A stretch of 64,000 nt of DNA, taken from Candidatus Poseidoniales archaeon. Its GTDB lineage: Archaea; Thermoplasmatota; Poseidoniia; Poseidoniales; Poseidoniaceae. Below the pieces are notes generated by a model, which saw only the letters and a program-made list of their open reading frames with translations, was not told the DNA's origin and did not search any database. Positions 1-9,302 of this stretch are shown here, one piece after another (position 1 is the first letter of the stretch; each line of letters opens with the position of its first letter). Location: positions 4,152 through 68,151 of the forward strand of contig QQSI01000040.1 in assembly GCA_003602645.1 (NCBI GenBank). Reading direction: 5' to 3'. The translations under genes were made by a program, and so were the position numbers.

Positions 1-246
1 GGCGGGAAGGCATTTGGTCTCATGTGCACGTTAGGAGGGATCGAGAATTCGAACACCCTCAACCACATGCGAATTATGCTGCGCTGGCTTCATGCATGGC
101 CTGTGCCAGAACAACTTGCTGTCGGCCATGTCAAAGAAGCATTTGATGAGCACGGAGATTTGGTCCATGAAGCCACAATTGAACGGCTTGAAGGACTTGT
201 GGCCTCAGTCATTCGCACTGCTGCCTTACTCAAAACCAGCCAGTGA
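1..246 (+). CDS. 3' end of a gene beginning upstream of the window (hypothetical protein, partial)
   Basis: Frame 1 is open from base 1 to TGA at 244-246; no recognisable domain in the 81 visible residues. Confidence 0.3.
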   Translation, partial: GGKAFGLMCTLGGIENSNTLNHMRIMLRWLHAWPVPEQLAVGHVKEAFDEHGDLVHEATIERLEGLVASVIRTAALLKTSQ

Positions 247-251
247 GAAGC

Positions 252-1052
252 ATGCCCTCAACACGCCCCTCGTTTGATGACGCATTTGGTGGCCGTTACC
301 TTTTGGTCGAACCGGGAACCTATCAAATGGGTGATGGTGCTTCTCGTGGGAATAAGAATGAGCGTCCAGCTCACAAAGTGGACATCGACCAACCTTTCTT
401 CTTTGGCGAACGTCCAGTCACTCAGGCTCACTGGCAGGCGATTATGGAGACCAATCCCTCAAAATTTCAAGAGGGTTGGGCTGCGGGTTTGAGGCCAGTT
501 GAAAACGTTTCATGGAATGATGTTCATGTGTTTCTCGCCCGTTTGAATTCCACAGAACAAGAAACCGTTCGACTCGGGTTTACCGGATCATGGCGCCTGC
601 CATCCGAATCGGAATGGGAATATGTGGCTCGTGCGGGTACGGAGACTCGTTGGGCCTTTGGCGATCGAGATTCTGAGCTCAATGACTATGGTTGGCATGC
701 TGGCAATGCAGGAGCAACAACACGAGAAGTCGGGCAAAAGAAAGCAAATCCTTGGGGTTTTCTTGACATGTACGGTCAAACCGGTGAGTGGTGTCAAGAT
801 GATTACAGCAAAAATTATGAGAATCACGATGGCTCACAGTCTCCTCAAATATCAACAGGAGGCGAACGCAAGGTGCACCGAGGGGGCTCTTGGTTCACTG
901 AATCGGATTCCACCCGAAGCAGGGCACGCGCATCCGCAACTAGGACCACACGTAGCGATGGGATAGGGTTTAGGCTCGTTTGGGCGCCCCAAAAGGCCAA
1001 TGTAGAACCTGAAGTTCCCCATAGCAATGACGACCCTGTATCACAACCCTAG
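252..1052 (+). CDS. Formylglycine-generating-enzyme (FGE/SUMF1)-family domain protein
   Basis: Motifs typical of FGE-sulfatase domain: RPAHKVDIDQPFFFGERPVTQAHW, RLPSESEWEYVARAG, NPWGFLDMYGQTGEWCQDDY, HRGGSWF, GFRLVWAP. Track start 243 is GTG; first ATG at 252. Confidence 0.8.
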   Translation: MPSTRPSFDDAFGGRYLLVEPGTYQMGDGASRGNKNERPAHKVDIDQPFFFGERPVTQAHWQAIMETNPSKFQEGWAAGLRPVENVSWNDVHVFLARLNSTEQETVRLGFTGSWRLPSESEWEYVARAGTETRWAFGDRDSELNDYGWHAGNAGATTREVGQKKANPWGFLDMYGQTGEWCQDDYSKNYENHDGSQSPQISTGGERKVHRGGSWFTESDSTRSRARASATRTTRSDGIGFRLVWAPQKANVEPEVPHSNDDPVSQP

Positions 1053-1374
1053 GTGCTCCAAATCACGTTCTGCACTTGCGATGTGCCAAGCTTCAGATCA
1101 AGATGTTAATGTTCGATTGTACCTCAATGAACCGCTAACAATAGAGGAGTTGAACGGTATCCTATCACGTCTTAAGGGTCCGGTTTCCAAGATTGTACGC
1201 ACAAAGGATACGAAGTTCAAACTTGTAGATTCAACCATGTTGAACCTCGAGGAGGCCGATTCTATTGCTGAATTCCTCTCTCTCCATGGACATCTTATGG
1301 AACGTCCTTTGCTCGATGATGGCACAACTGCCATCATAGGTCGGCCAGTGGAGCATCTGGATCAACTTCTGTGA
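1027..1374 (+). CDS. arsC: ArsC/Spx-family protein (glutaredoxin-type arsenate reductase-like)
   Basis: N-terminus MTTLYHNPRCSKSRSAL matches the ArsC YHNPxCxxSR active-site motif; length 115 aa; 26-nt overlap with the upstream FGE gene. Confidence 0.8.
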   Translation: MTTLYHNPRCSKSRSALAMCQASDQDVNVRLYLNEPLTIEELNGILSRLKGPVSKIVRTKDTKFKLVDSTMLNLEEADSIAEFLSLHGHLMERPLLDDGTTAIIGRPVEHLDQLL

Positions 1375-1876
1375 ACTCCCCATCGCCCTCAATTGGCTCT
1401 GAATCAATCGTAAATTCATGACCTAAGTCACCTAATGTTTGGTGCGGTGGCACTTCACCTGGTTGGATGCACCACTTTTGATTGAATGCCTCGTTCAATG
1501 TCGTCATTAAGTTTCGACGTTTCAGCGCATCGATGCCAGCAGCGGTTCGATCGACGACGGGTGCAATCTCCTCTTGGAACGCAGCATTCATGTGTTCACA
1601 CACTTCCTCGAATGTTCGTTGACCATTGGACAACTCCCAAAGCATACTGTTCATTTGATCAAGAGGCCTTCGAACTTCCCTTGGCGCCCTGAATATGCGC
1701 GCCAAAAAACGTTCAAATTTTGAGAACTTTTTTGGGATCCTCAGGATCACCTTTCGCCCAGTCACGCCGGGTACATCCGGATGTTTTGAAGCCTCACCAT
1801 AGCGCCCCCACCACACGGGGACACGGCACGGATATGTCCCTGAATAGGTATGCTTTCCTTTGTCAGCAACTTCCAT
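1334..1876 (-). CDS. PqqD-like (RiPP recognition element-like) protein with acidic C-terminal tail
   Basis: Central region VILRIP...LDQMNSMLWELSNGQRTFEEVCEHMNAAFQEE...VVDRTAAGIDALKRRNLM resembles the PqqD/RRE signature (W-x-l-x-dG-x-rT-x-eI ... D-x-x-x-Fl-x-x-L); ATG at 1876; 208-nt untranslated gap upstream. Confidence 0.45.
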   Translation of the reverse strand: MEVADKGKHTYSGTYPCRVPVWWGRYGEASKHPDVPGVTGRKVILRIPKKFSKFERFLARIFRAPREVRRPLDQMNSMLWELSNGQRTFEEVCEHMNAAFQEEIAPVVDRTAAGIDALKRRNLMTTLNEAFNQKWCIQPGEVPPHQTLGDLGHEFTIDSEPIEGDGEFTEVDPDAPLADL

Positions 1877-2084
1877 ATTATCACCTCAAAATTCCAACAA
1901 CGTCCAAACCAACAAGGTCAACATCGATGCAACACCGAGCAAGGCCGATAGTCGTGTGGCCTCGACCCGTTCGGAGAAGTTTCGCAAAAACCACGTTGTG
2001 ACACCAAACACCATCACCAACACCCAAAGTGCATACCAGGATGCAGGATATGTGGTCATGTGCCTCGCTGGTGCGGTTCATGTA

Positions 2085-5000
2085 TCATGGTTGTCCTTGA
2101 TTTCTGTCAAGGTATTGCTGACCATAATGCACCCATTGTTCCATTGTCCAACCTGTGGGCAAGCCACCTTCGGGTACAGGTGGATGGGATGATTCGGTTG
2201 ATTGTTCGTGTTCAACTGGAGCTAAGGTCGCCTGCACATCAGGGATAGAGGCCGGTGGTCCGCTTGAGGCTGGCGGTCCAATTTGAACATCTTCTGGGAT
2301 TTCCTTTTCCAAGGTGAAGTCATCTTCATCATCTGAACGGGATCGCAAAAGGAGCACCATGAGGAGCGAGAAGGCAAGCAAAACCGCAATCCCGCCTGCG
2401 ACCACTTCAACCGAAGCACTTACGTCATCCACTGGGCGTTCTTCAAACTGGTATACCTGTGCGCCCTCCCAAGCTATTTCGCCGTCATGTGAAGCGATTA
2501 TGAATGTGATTTTCCCTTCCAATTGACCGCTAAGTCTGTGAAGCGTGCATGGGACATCTTGCAATTGAGGAGTGATATGTCCTGCACCAAACGTGAGATT
2601 TTGTCCATCCGCATCCATCAAGACACCATTGCATACGAGTTGCCATCCATCGGGGATTTGGGCTAGGAAAAGCATGTGTTCTGTTTGGCTTGAAACACTC
2701 GTCATGTTGACATAGAGTGGCACACCAGTCCCAGTGGCATGACTCATGGTATTCGGGACGCTAAGTTCTGCTTCGACGTGGCGTTGTTGATCGACAACGA
2801 TTAACGCCTCATGTTCCAATTCGTAAGGTTGCATTTCTGCATTCATGCCAGCAATAACTTGGAATGTAACGACAATTCTTGTGTTAAGAATCATGTCTTT
2901 GGGGAGAATCAGGTCGACTGTGAGAAGGGTGGATTGGTTTGCCAATAAAGTGATTGTCAGTGGTTCGTTCACAGCTTTTGTACTGCTGCTTAAACCGGTA
3001 GAAAAGAAGGCGACCATATCGGGTACGGGTGGAGAAGCAGATACACTTGCCAAGACGATGATTCCATCATCTGCTGCGTTACCAATATTGGTCAATGTAG
3101 CATTAATGCTGACCGTACCTCCAACAGTTGCCGATGTGGATTCAAATCCCCCTTCCAGTGAAGGTATTCGAACTGACGCCGTGATCGTATCAAAGGTTAC
3201 AATATTGTCTTGGGGTGTCAAATCCTCGAGGCCAAGGGCGTTTACGGCACTGATTGTGACGGTGTGGATTTCACTGGCTGCCTCTTCGCTTGGTACTTGG
3301 ACCCATAATTCTACGGTGGCGTTGTTCTCTAAATCATAAGGTGCAGAGAGTGAAATGGTTCCGTTATGCTGTGATCCATCCACTGTGATCCATGTGCTCC
3401 AGGCCATTGGGAGGTCAATTGTGGCGACGCTAGCCTCGATGGGCCCATTTCCATTATTGACCACTTCCAAGAGGATACGATTGGCAGTACCTGGTCGTAA
3501 TTTTGCAGGCGATTCTAAGAGTTCAATAGAGAGGTCGCTGATCGTTCGTACCACGATTGAATCAAAATCATCACCCGCGATGGTCATTCCACTTCGTTCA
3601 GAGGTAATTTGCGGGGTAATCGTTGGTGCTTTGTCACCGGCTTGGCCAGTTTCAGGTGCGGTTATTTTTGCTGTGAATGTGGTAGTGGCACCCGGATTGA
3701 TGACTGCATTGGGGCGCGTTGGCTGTTCAATGGTCCATAGCGATGAAGGATCATGAAGGATATTCATTGAAAAAATATCTTGACGAGAGGCATTATTCCA
3801 GATTGTAAATTCAACGGTTTTGGTTTCACCAGCATCGATCATCCAGTCCCTTGATGCTTGGTTATGGGTCATACCAACCTCGGCTTCGCTGATCATTGAT
3901 GCGGCAATATCAATGACTAACCCATGGGATTTAGCTGAATTATTTTGTGATTGGGCAAGCATGGTGAACGATACCACTGTGTCGGGAGTGGCTGTTGATG
4001 GAACTGTCATTGTTAGGCCAACCATCACCGGTGTGTCTGGCCGAACGAGGATTGATTCAGATTGAGTCCACGACAATTGAACCATCCATTGCTCTGGTAA
4101 ACTAAATTGATCTAGGGAGAGATCAAAAACATCGGTTGCGTCTCCGATGTTCCTTACCTCAACCTCAAACGGGCATGTGTAGCCGGGCGGGCATGCCGGG
4201 CGTGTTTCTGGTTGGATGACCAATGGTTCACGGTCCGGTAACACTTGGAATTGAACGGGTAATGTCGTGTTGATCGATTGATATTGACTTGATGTTCCTA
4301 TGAATGTCATTTGTTCGAATCCGGTCGTTGCGTTTTCATCCGGCTTAATTTTTACATCAATGGTTTTGCTTTCACCCGGGGCAAGCAACACCCCGGTTTG
4401 TTCGTTGATTGATACACCTGTTTGGTGAGCAAAATACACCTCCCAACCGCTCGGCAATTCATCGACAGAAGGAAGCACATAATCTGAAATGTTTCCATCA
4501 TTGGTTAAACTCACGCTCACCGTTCCCCATTCATTTGGTAGGGAACCCATTGTGGACACACCTGAGGACGAAAGCGCATATTCGATGGGCTTGACTTTTT
4601 GATCATACACAATGACAATGTCATCCAACCAAAAACCCACATCATTGACAGTTGCGTCGGTCGTAAGGATGAACCTAAATTTCGTTGAGGGTGAAAATCC
4701 ACTTTGTGGTGCGGGTATCAACGGTGATGATGTGCCTTGATTGTTGACAGAAAATGTTTGCCATGAGGCACCATCGATGAAGACTTGGTCGATGGTTCCC
4801 GAGATTGTAGCAAGTTCTGTGCTTGTTCCTGCGTTGTTTTGTACGTAGACTTTCAATTCATCACCGGGTTGGGAACTCCCAGTGTAAAAGAAGGAGAGCC
4901 CATTGGTCTGAAGCGGGGCCATCACCGCATCGGACATGTCGAAGGCAGGCGTTTCAAGAACACTTGTCGTTGATGCAGAATACGATGATGCTTCACCGTT

Positions 5001-5645
5001 ACCGGCATGACACGCAGTTCCTTGAGACAACGATGTGTCGGTGCTTAATCCCCATTCATTTGTCGTCGTCCACTGTGTGAGGTCGTTGCAATTAAAGTAA
5101 TGCGAAGCAACGGTGAAATGGCGGTTTCTTTGGTTATTTGAAGGGACGTCATCGAGGATCGTAGAAGTGCCGATCACCTGGATCGAGTGGTTTCCAGAGT
5201 AAGTAGGAGTAAAGGTAAACCCGATGGAATTTGATGCACCACCAGACAATCCTGCCATTTGTTGGGTGATGTTGATCATCTCAAAGAGCTGGTATTCATT
5301 GTGAAGAACCTTCAAGTTCACATCAATGGTACCTGATGGACTTGTCCCCTGGTTTTCTAACGTCACTTCAGCATAAATTGGGACGTTGACAACTGCGTCG
5401 ACGACATATAATTCAGCAGGTCGGTTGAATGCAGGAATTGGATGGTTCGAAGAAAACATACGGTATTTCGCTTCATCCACACTCGTTGTGTATGAAAAAG
5501 AGGTATTCGTTACTGTAACATCAACACCTGTGGCTTTCGCATTGCTCTGCAGAGGAGATTCTTCTTCAGGCGCCAATTGGGTGATTGGACTTGCAGTACC
5601 CATGACAAACAGAAGAACCAACAAAATTGCGGGGGCTCTTTTCAT
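2085..5645 (-). CDS. Giant secreted/membrane-anchored surface protein (~1186 aa). It has an N-terminal signal peptide, a single C-terminal TM helix and a Pro-rich cytoplasmic tail
   Basis: MKRAPAILLVLLFVMGTASP signal-like N-terminus (ATG 5645; track start 5717 is GTG); long Thr/Ser/Asn-rich beta-rich body; C-terminal VVAGGIAVLLAFSLLMVLLL TM followed by RSRSDDEDD and a PPASSGPPAS...GWTMEQWVHYGQQYL tail. Confidence 0.75.
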   Translation of the reverse strand: MKRAPAILLVLLFVMGTASPITQLAPEEESPLQSNAKATGVDVTVTNTSFSYTTSVDEAKYRMFSSNHPIPAFNRPAELYVVDAVVNVPIYAEVTLENQGTSPSGTIDVNLKVLHNEYQLFEMINITQQMAGLSGGASNSIGFTFTPTYSGNHSIQVIGTSTILDDVPSNNQRNRHFTVASHYFNCNDLTQWTTTNEWGLSTDTSLSQGTACHAGNGEASSYSASTTSVLETPAFDMSDAVMAPLQTNGLSFFYTGSSQPGDELKVYVQNNAGTSTELATISGTIDQVFIDGASWQTFSVNNQGTSSPLIPAPQSGFSPSTKFRFILTTDATVNDVGFWLDDIVIVYDQKVKPIEYALSSSGVSTMGSLPNEWGTVSVSLTNDGNISDYVLPSVDELPSGWEVYFAHQTGVSINEQTGVLLAPGESKTIDVKIKPDENATTGFEQMTFIGTSSQYQSINTTLPVQFQVLPDREPLVIQPETRPACPPGYTCPFEVEVRNIGDATDVFDLSLDQFSLPEQWMVQLSWTQSESILVRPDTPVMVGLTMTVPSTATPDTVVSFTMLAQSQNNSAKSHGLVIDIAASMISEAEVGMTHNQASRDWMIDAGETKTVEFTIWNNASRQDIFSMNILHDPSSLWTIEQPTRPNAVINPGATTTFTAKITAPETGQAGDKAPTITPQITSERSGMTIAGDDFDSIVVRTISDLSIELLESPAKLRPGTANRILLEVVNNGNGPIEASVATIDLPMAWSTWITVDGSQHNGTISLSAPYDLENNATVELWVQVPSEEAASEIHTVTISAVNALGLEDLTPQDNIVTFDTITASVRIPSLEGGFESTSATVGGTVSINATLTNIGNAADDGIIVLASVSASPPVPDMVAFFSTGLSSSTKAVNEPLTITLLANQSTLLTVDLILPKDMILNTRIVVTFQVIAGMNAEMQPYELEHEALIVVDQQRHVEAELSVPNTMSHATGTGVPLYVNMTSVSSQTEHMLFLAQIPDGWQLVCNGVLMDADGQNLTFGAGHITPQLQDVPCTLHRLSGQLEGKITFIIASHDGEIAWEGAQVYQFEERPVDDVSASVEVVAGGIAVLLAFSLLMVLLLRSRSDDEDDFTLEKEIPEDVQIGPPASSGPPASIPDVQATLAPVEHEQSTESSHPPVPEGGLPTGWTMEQWVHYGQQYLDRNQGQP

Positions 5646-5691
5646 GGCGCTCGCTCTGCTACACCGCTTCAAGGTATATGAGGAGAGTGGC

Positions 5692-6555
5692 TCATTCATT
5701 TTCCGAAGTTGATTCACGCCCTAGAGCATTTTCTATATCGTCTTCGGACTGTTTGAGTTTGACAGCATCTCGCTTCTCCTTTGCATTGGCTGCCCAATAC
5801 ACAGTAAAAGATGGGATAAGGACCATCGAGAAACACCCGGCAACGGCAGCGAGCGCCCACAAAAATTCAGTCGCAGCATCAACAGAAAACGGTTCTATGG
5901 TTGCGAATTCTTCATTCACCGTGGTGATGCTCATCGCAGGGGCTGTCGTTCGGTTGCCTCGTTCGATGATCTCGACCCTAATGAGCGAGGGTGAGTGCTC
6001 ATATTCAATGGCCTGTTCAGCCTTTACTTGCGCATCTTCAATGGTCTGGGCGTACACCGTACCGTTCGAACGACGCGCTGGGTCTGTGCTCGTTAGGGCA
6101 TTGATCCGTACATCGCCTCCATCCTCGGCAATGTAGGAGTGGGAGGTGTTCTTCTGGCAAGATTCTCTACAGCTAAACCCATCGGCATCCTCAGAACCCA
6201 AGAGTGGGTGACTGAACAAACCAGCGCCGTTAATCAAACGGACCTCGGCACCATTCGATACTTCTGTTGCGGTCAAATTAACCCACGTCAAATTTGCTCC
6301 ATTTGCCGGGACTGACCATGTCCAGGTTGTTGTGTTTTGATCGCCTTGGTAGATTCTGGTTGGTTCAATTTCCTGATGAAGGGTGGTGTTGGTATCGGTC
6401 TCGTAGAGGTAATAGGAAGGGGAGATCGTAGCACCGTAGACGGCGTACGAGAGCATGAAAATAAGTGTAAAGGAGAGCCCTAACAGGGTTCGTAGCAGGT
6501 TCGGGTTTTGAGCCAAAGCCTTCCTCATCGGGTTTAGGACGGACACGCCCTTCAT
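5692..6555 (-). CDS. Membrane protein with N- and C-terminal TM helices flanking an extracellular domain (hypothetical)
   Basis: TM LLGLSFTLIFMLSYAVYGA near N-terminus and LWALAAVAGCFSMVLIPSFTVYWAA near C-terminus; Asn/Thr-rich middle; first gene of an apparent operon with the giant surface protein (26-nt overlap); ATG at 6555. Confidence 0.55.
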   Translation of the reverse strand: MKGVSVLNPMRKALAQNPNLLRTLLGLSFTLIFMLSYAVYGATISPSYYLYETDTNTTLHQEIEPTRIYQGDQNTTTWTWSVPANGANLTWVNLTATEVSNGAEVRLINGAGLFSHPLLGSEDADGFSCRESCQKNTSHSYIAEDGGDVRINALTSTDPARRSNGTVYAQTIEDAQVKAEQAIEYEHSPSLIRVEIIERGNRTTAPAMSITTVNEEFATIEPFSVDAATEFLWALAAVAGCFSMVLIPSFTVYWAANAKEKRDAVKLKQSEDDIENALGRESTSENE

Positions 6556-6633
6556 CAACCCTTGTCTGCCGCATGTATCTGGTGAGAAAACGCCACACGG
6601 CGTGAGTTGTTGTACCGCTTAGCACCCGCTCTC

Positions 6634-6641
6634 TTCATATA
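6634..6641 (+). promoter_or_regulatory. TATA-like box (TTCATATA) upstream of rps19e
   Basis: A/T box ~40 nt upstream of the S19e ATG, in the 119-nt divergent intergenic region. Confidence 0.2.
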
Positions 6642-6677
6642 GGGGCGTAAGGTCGGCAAATTGCTTGGTGTATTGTC

Positions 6678-7169
6678 ATGACGACTCTCTATGATATCCC
6701 CGCAGAACTCTTGAACCCTGCTCTTGCTGCGCGTTTGGCCGCTGAAAAGGCTGTTGAAACACCAGATTGGGCTGAATTTGTCAAAACTGGAGTCTCTCGT
6801 GAACGCCCTCCAAGTCAAGAAAACTGGTGGTTCTTGCGATCGGCCGCACTCATGCGAAAAATCGCACGTGAAGGCCCAATCGGTGTGACCCACCTCTCGC
6901 AAGCTTACGGTGGACGCAAGGACAACGGTGCAGCACCCAACACCCCCGGTGTTGCTTCCCGCCACATCATTCGAACCTCGCTTCAACAACTCGAAGCCTC
7001 TGGCCTCGTTGAAAAAGTTCCAACTCGAACCGTGGACACCGAAGACGGGCCTGTCCAACTTTACGCAGGTCGTCGCATCACTGCAGCCGGGCAAAAGATG
7101 ATTGACTCTGTTGCTCACGAATGTCGCCCAGCAGCAGAAGAACAATTCCCAGGTCTATCCAAGTACTGA
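6678..7169 (+). CDS. rps19e: Ribosomal protein S19e
   Basis: MTTLYDIPAELL...WAEFVKTGVSRERPP...WWFLRSAALMRKIAREGPIGVTHLSQAYGGRK...IIRTSLQQLEASGLVEKV matches S19e along its full length. Confidence 0.9.
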   Translation: MTTLYDIPAELLNPALAARLAAEKAVETPDWAEFVKTGVSRERPPSQENWWFLRSAALMRKIAREGPIGVTHLSQAYGGRKDNGAAPNTPGVASRHIIRTSLQQLEASGLVEKVPTRTVDTEDGPVQLYAGRRITAAGQKMIDSVAHECRPAAEEQFPGLSKY

Positions 7170-7194
7170 CGAGGACGTGAAGAGGGTGGCCAGC

Positions 7195-7554
7195 ATGTCG
7201 ACATCGCACGATGATGAACTCAACATGCTCCGAGAACAACGCCGGGCTGCGCTCCAACAACAACTCGAGGCTCAAGCAGCACAGCAAGCCGATGCAGAAG
7301 TACAGGCACAACAAGCACAAGCAGAAGCAGCTCAACTCGATGGGGCAATGCGAACGCTTCTCTCGAACGATGCCCGTTCTCGCCTAGCAACCGTCGCCCT
7401 GGCTACACCTGCTCGCGCCGCATCCATCAAACAAAACATCGTTCAACTTCACTCACAGGGTAAATTCCAAGCCCCTATGTCTGATGATCAACTGAAACAG
7501 TTGCTCGCTTCACACTCCAAGAGCCGCCGTAGTGCGTCCATCCGAAGAATCTGA
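7195..7554 (+). CDS. PDCD5/TFAR19-like DNA-binding protein (conserved archaeal neighbour of S19e/L39e)
   Basis: 119 aa from ATG 7195 (GGTGG 6 nt upstream), in the conserved slot between rps19e and rpl39e; Gln/Ala-rich coiled segment then [37 protein letters not shown]. Confidence 0.7.
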   Translation: MSTSHDDELNMLREQRRAALQQQLEAQAAQQADAEVQAQQAQAEAAQLDGAMRTLLSNDARSRLATVALATPARAASIKQNIVQLHSQGKFQAPMSDDQLKQLLASHSKSRRSASIRRI

Positions 7555-7568
7555 GAAGGTGCTCGAAC

Positions 7569-7724
7569 ATGTCAAGAAATAAACCAGCAGCAAAAAAAAT
7601 CCGCCTCATGAAGGCAGGCAAGCAGAACCGGCGTGTCCCAGTTTGGGTCATGCTAAAGACCGACCGAAACACTGTGTCGCATCCTAAGCGACACCACTGG
7701 CGCCGTAGTAAGCTCCAACGCTGA
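7569..7724 (+). CDS. rpl39e: Ribosomal protein L39e (51 aa; not in ORF track)
   Basis: Translation [51 protein letters not shown] matches L39e; sits in the canonical position before rpl31e. Confidence 0.85.
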   Translation: MSRNKPAAKKIRLMKAGKQNRRVPVWVMLKTDRNTVSHPKRHHWRRSKLQR

Positions 7725-7735
7725 GGTGAAGAAGT

Positions 7736-8011
7736 ATGGTACGACCAAATGAATCCGAACTCATCGTCCCACTCCGTAAGGCCTGGGCCATCACCAGGTA
7801 CAAGCGCGCTCCTCGAGCAATGCAAATCATCCGAGAACATGTCATTCAGCACCTCAGTGTGAGGGAAGATGAAGAAGTGTGGATTGACCCCTCAGTCAAC
7901 GAACACATCTGGGCTCGTGGCATTGAAAATCCACCTCGAAAAATCAAGCTCCATGTGACACGTCACGATGAGCCTGATATTCCAATCGAAGTCAAACTAT
8001 CAACGGAGTGA
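7736..8011 (+). CDS. rpl31e: Ribosomal protein L31e
   Basis: IVPLRKAWAITRYKRAPRAMQIIREHV...VWIDPSVNEHIWARGIENPPRKIKLHV matches L31e. Confidence 0.9.
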   Translation: MVRPNESELIVPLRKAWAITRYKRAPRAMQIIREHVIQHLSVREDEEVWIDPSVNEHIWARGIENPPRKIKLHVTRHDEPDIPIEVKLSTE

Positions 8012-8017
8012 TCATTT

Positions 8018-8209
8018 ATGGGAAATATTCGACCAAGTTTTATCAAAATCCGAGCTATCCATCTTGTTGAAGATCACGGAGAAAAATTCACCGATGATTT
8101 TGACCACAACAAGAAGATGGTCCAACAACTCACTGATGTTGAGTCCAAAAAACTCCGCAACTGGATCGCTGGATACGTCACGCGATACCGACAACGCCGA
8201 GTCGACTGA
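8018..8209 (+). CDS. rps17e: Ribosomal protein S17e
   Basis: [57 protein letters not shown] follows the S17e consensus (MGxVRxKxIKRxAxxLIEKYxxxFTxDFxxNK...SKKLRNxIAGYxT). Confidence 0.85.
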   Translation: MGNIRPSFIKIRAIHLVEDHGEKFTDDFDHNKKMVQQLTDVESKKLRNWIAGYVTRYRQRRVD

Positions 8210-8223
8210 GCAGGTGCTTCGAC

Positions 8224-8454
8224 GTGGCTCTGCGAGTCAACTGGGACCGCACTCCTGTGTCTGTGCATCACGACAGCAAAGAAGTTCTTGAGTTGCTGAT
8301 TCTGCACCTAAGAAACAAACATGGTCTTCGCAAGCGCTCCATCGTGATGGAGGATCGTGAAGAAGGCCCTGGCCACCTGTTTTTTTTGTATCAACCGTGT
8401 GATCCACGGTGGATCGCTGAATTCGATATCACAAAATTTTCTGAGGAGGAATGA
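8224..8454 (+). CDS. Hypothetical small protein (GTG start), apparently translationally coupled to the downstream methyltransferase
   Basis: 76-aa ORF with GTG start 15 nt after the rps17e stop; its TGA overlaps the ATG of the next gene (ATGA); no recognisable domain. Confidence 0.25.
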   Translation: MALRVNWDRTPVSVHHDSKEVLELLILHLRNKHGLRKRSIVMEDREEGPGHLFFLYQPCDPRWIAEFDITKFSEEE

Positions 8455-9296
8455 AGAAAATGGGTGACCGGAGCACACTTCCGTTGCCTCAATCCACCTA
8501 CGGCCTTGAAATTGTATTGATTGGCGTTTCTCATCCCGGCAACCTTGGTGCCGTTTGCCGGAGCATGTTGAATTATGGATTTGCTAACTTGAGGCTGGTC
8601 AATCCCAAATGTGAACCGGATCATATCGAGGCAAGAAACCGGGCCAAACATGCAGGGCGTATCCTCGACCAGTGCGCTGTGTACGATTCTCTTGATGCAG
8701 CAACAGAAGATGCCTCGATGATCATTGGCACGTCTGGAAAACGAGAAATTGGTTCGAAAACAAATTTTAGGCACTTCGTCTATCCATGGGAACTTTCAGA
8801 ACGCTTGGAAGGTTTTACCGGCAAAGTCTGTCTTGTATTCGGTGAAGAAGGAAAGGGGATGTCCACGGAAGACTTGGCGAAATGCGACTATCTTGTCACC
8901 CTCCCTACCTGGGAAGGCTACCCAATTGCCAACCTCTCTCACGCCGTGAATGCGTGTGTTTACGAATTACATCGGAACCGAGTAATTGCTCGACAAGGCA
9001 AGGAACAAGGGTTGCCCGACGTGGTCCCCCTTGAACGGTCGCTCAATCCTGAGTTGAAACAAATCCTTCATCAAACAGTTCGCGAATTAGCGAATGCCCT
9101 TCCCGGAAACGATGAGCGACGTCAGAGTTTTGGACAATCCCTTACGCGTTCAATCATGCGTTCTATGCCAACGCAAGGGGAGGCGACGAGAATGATTGGT
9201 GGTCTTCTTGATGCGACCACTGCAATCCAATACGTCGAGGGCAACGAGGAGTGGCGCAGCCAACGAAGGCGTAAAATCAGTCCTGAGGAAGAATGA
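8451..9296 (+). CDS. SpoU/TrmH-family RNA 2'-O-methyltransferase (TrmJ-like) with C-terminal extension
   Basis: LEIVLIGVSHPGNLGAVCRSMLNYGFANLRLVNP glycine-rich SPOUT motif; LVFGEEGKGMS and TLPTWEGYPIANLSHAVNACVYEL motifs. Confidence 0.8.
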   Translation: MKKMGDRSTLPLPQSTYGLEIVLIGVSHPGNLGAVCRSMLNYGFANLRLVNPKCEPDHIEARNRAKHAGRILDQCAVYDSLDAATEDASMIIGTSGKREIGSKTNFRHFVYPWELSERLEGFTGKVCLVFGEEGKGMSTEDLAKCDYLVTLPTWEGYPIANLSHAVNACVYELHRNRVIARQGKEQGLPDVVPLERSLNPELKQILHQTVRELANALPGNDERRQSFGQSLTRSIMRSMPTQGEATRMIGGLLDATTAIQYVEGNEEWRSQRRRKISPEEE

Positions 9297-9302
9297 GTCC
9301 AT

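Noticed and set aside
2314-5080. Several plus-strand ORFs of 60-165 aa inside the giant surface-protein gene (e.g. 2845-3339, 3355-3756, 3820-4065)
   Set aside because: They are antisense shadow frames of a 3.5-kb minus-strand gene with strong coding character; no independent start context or domains.
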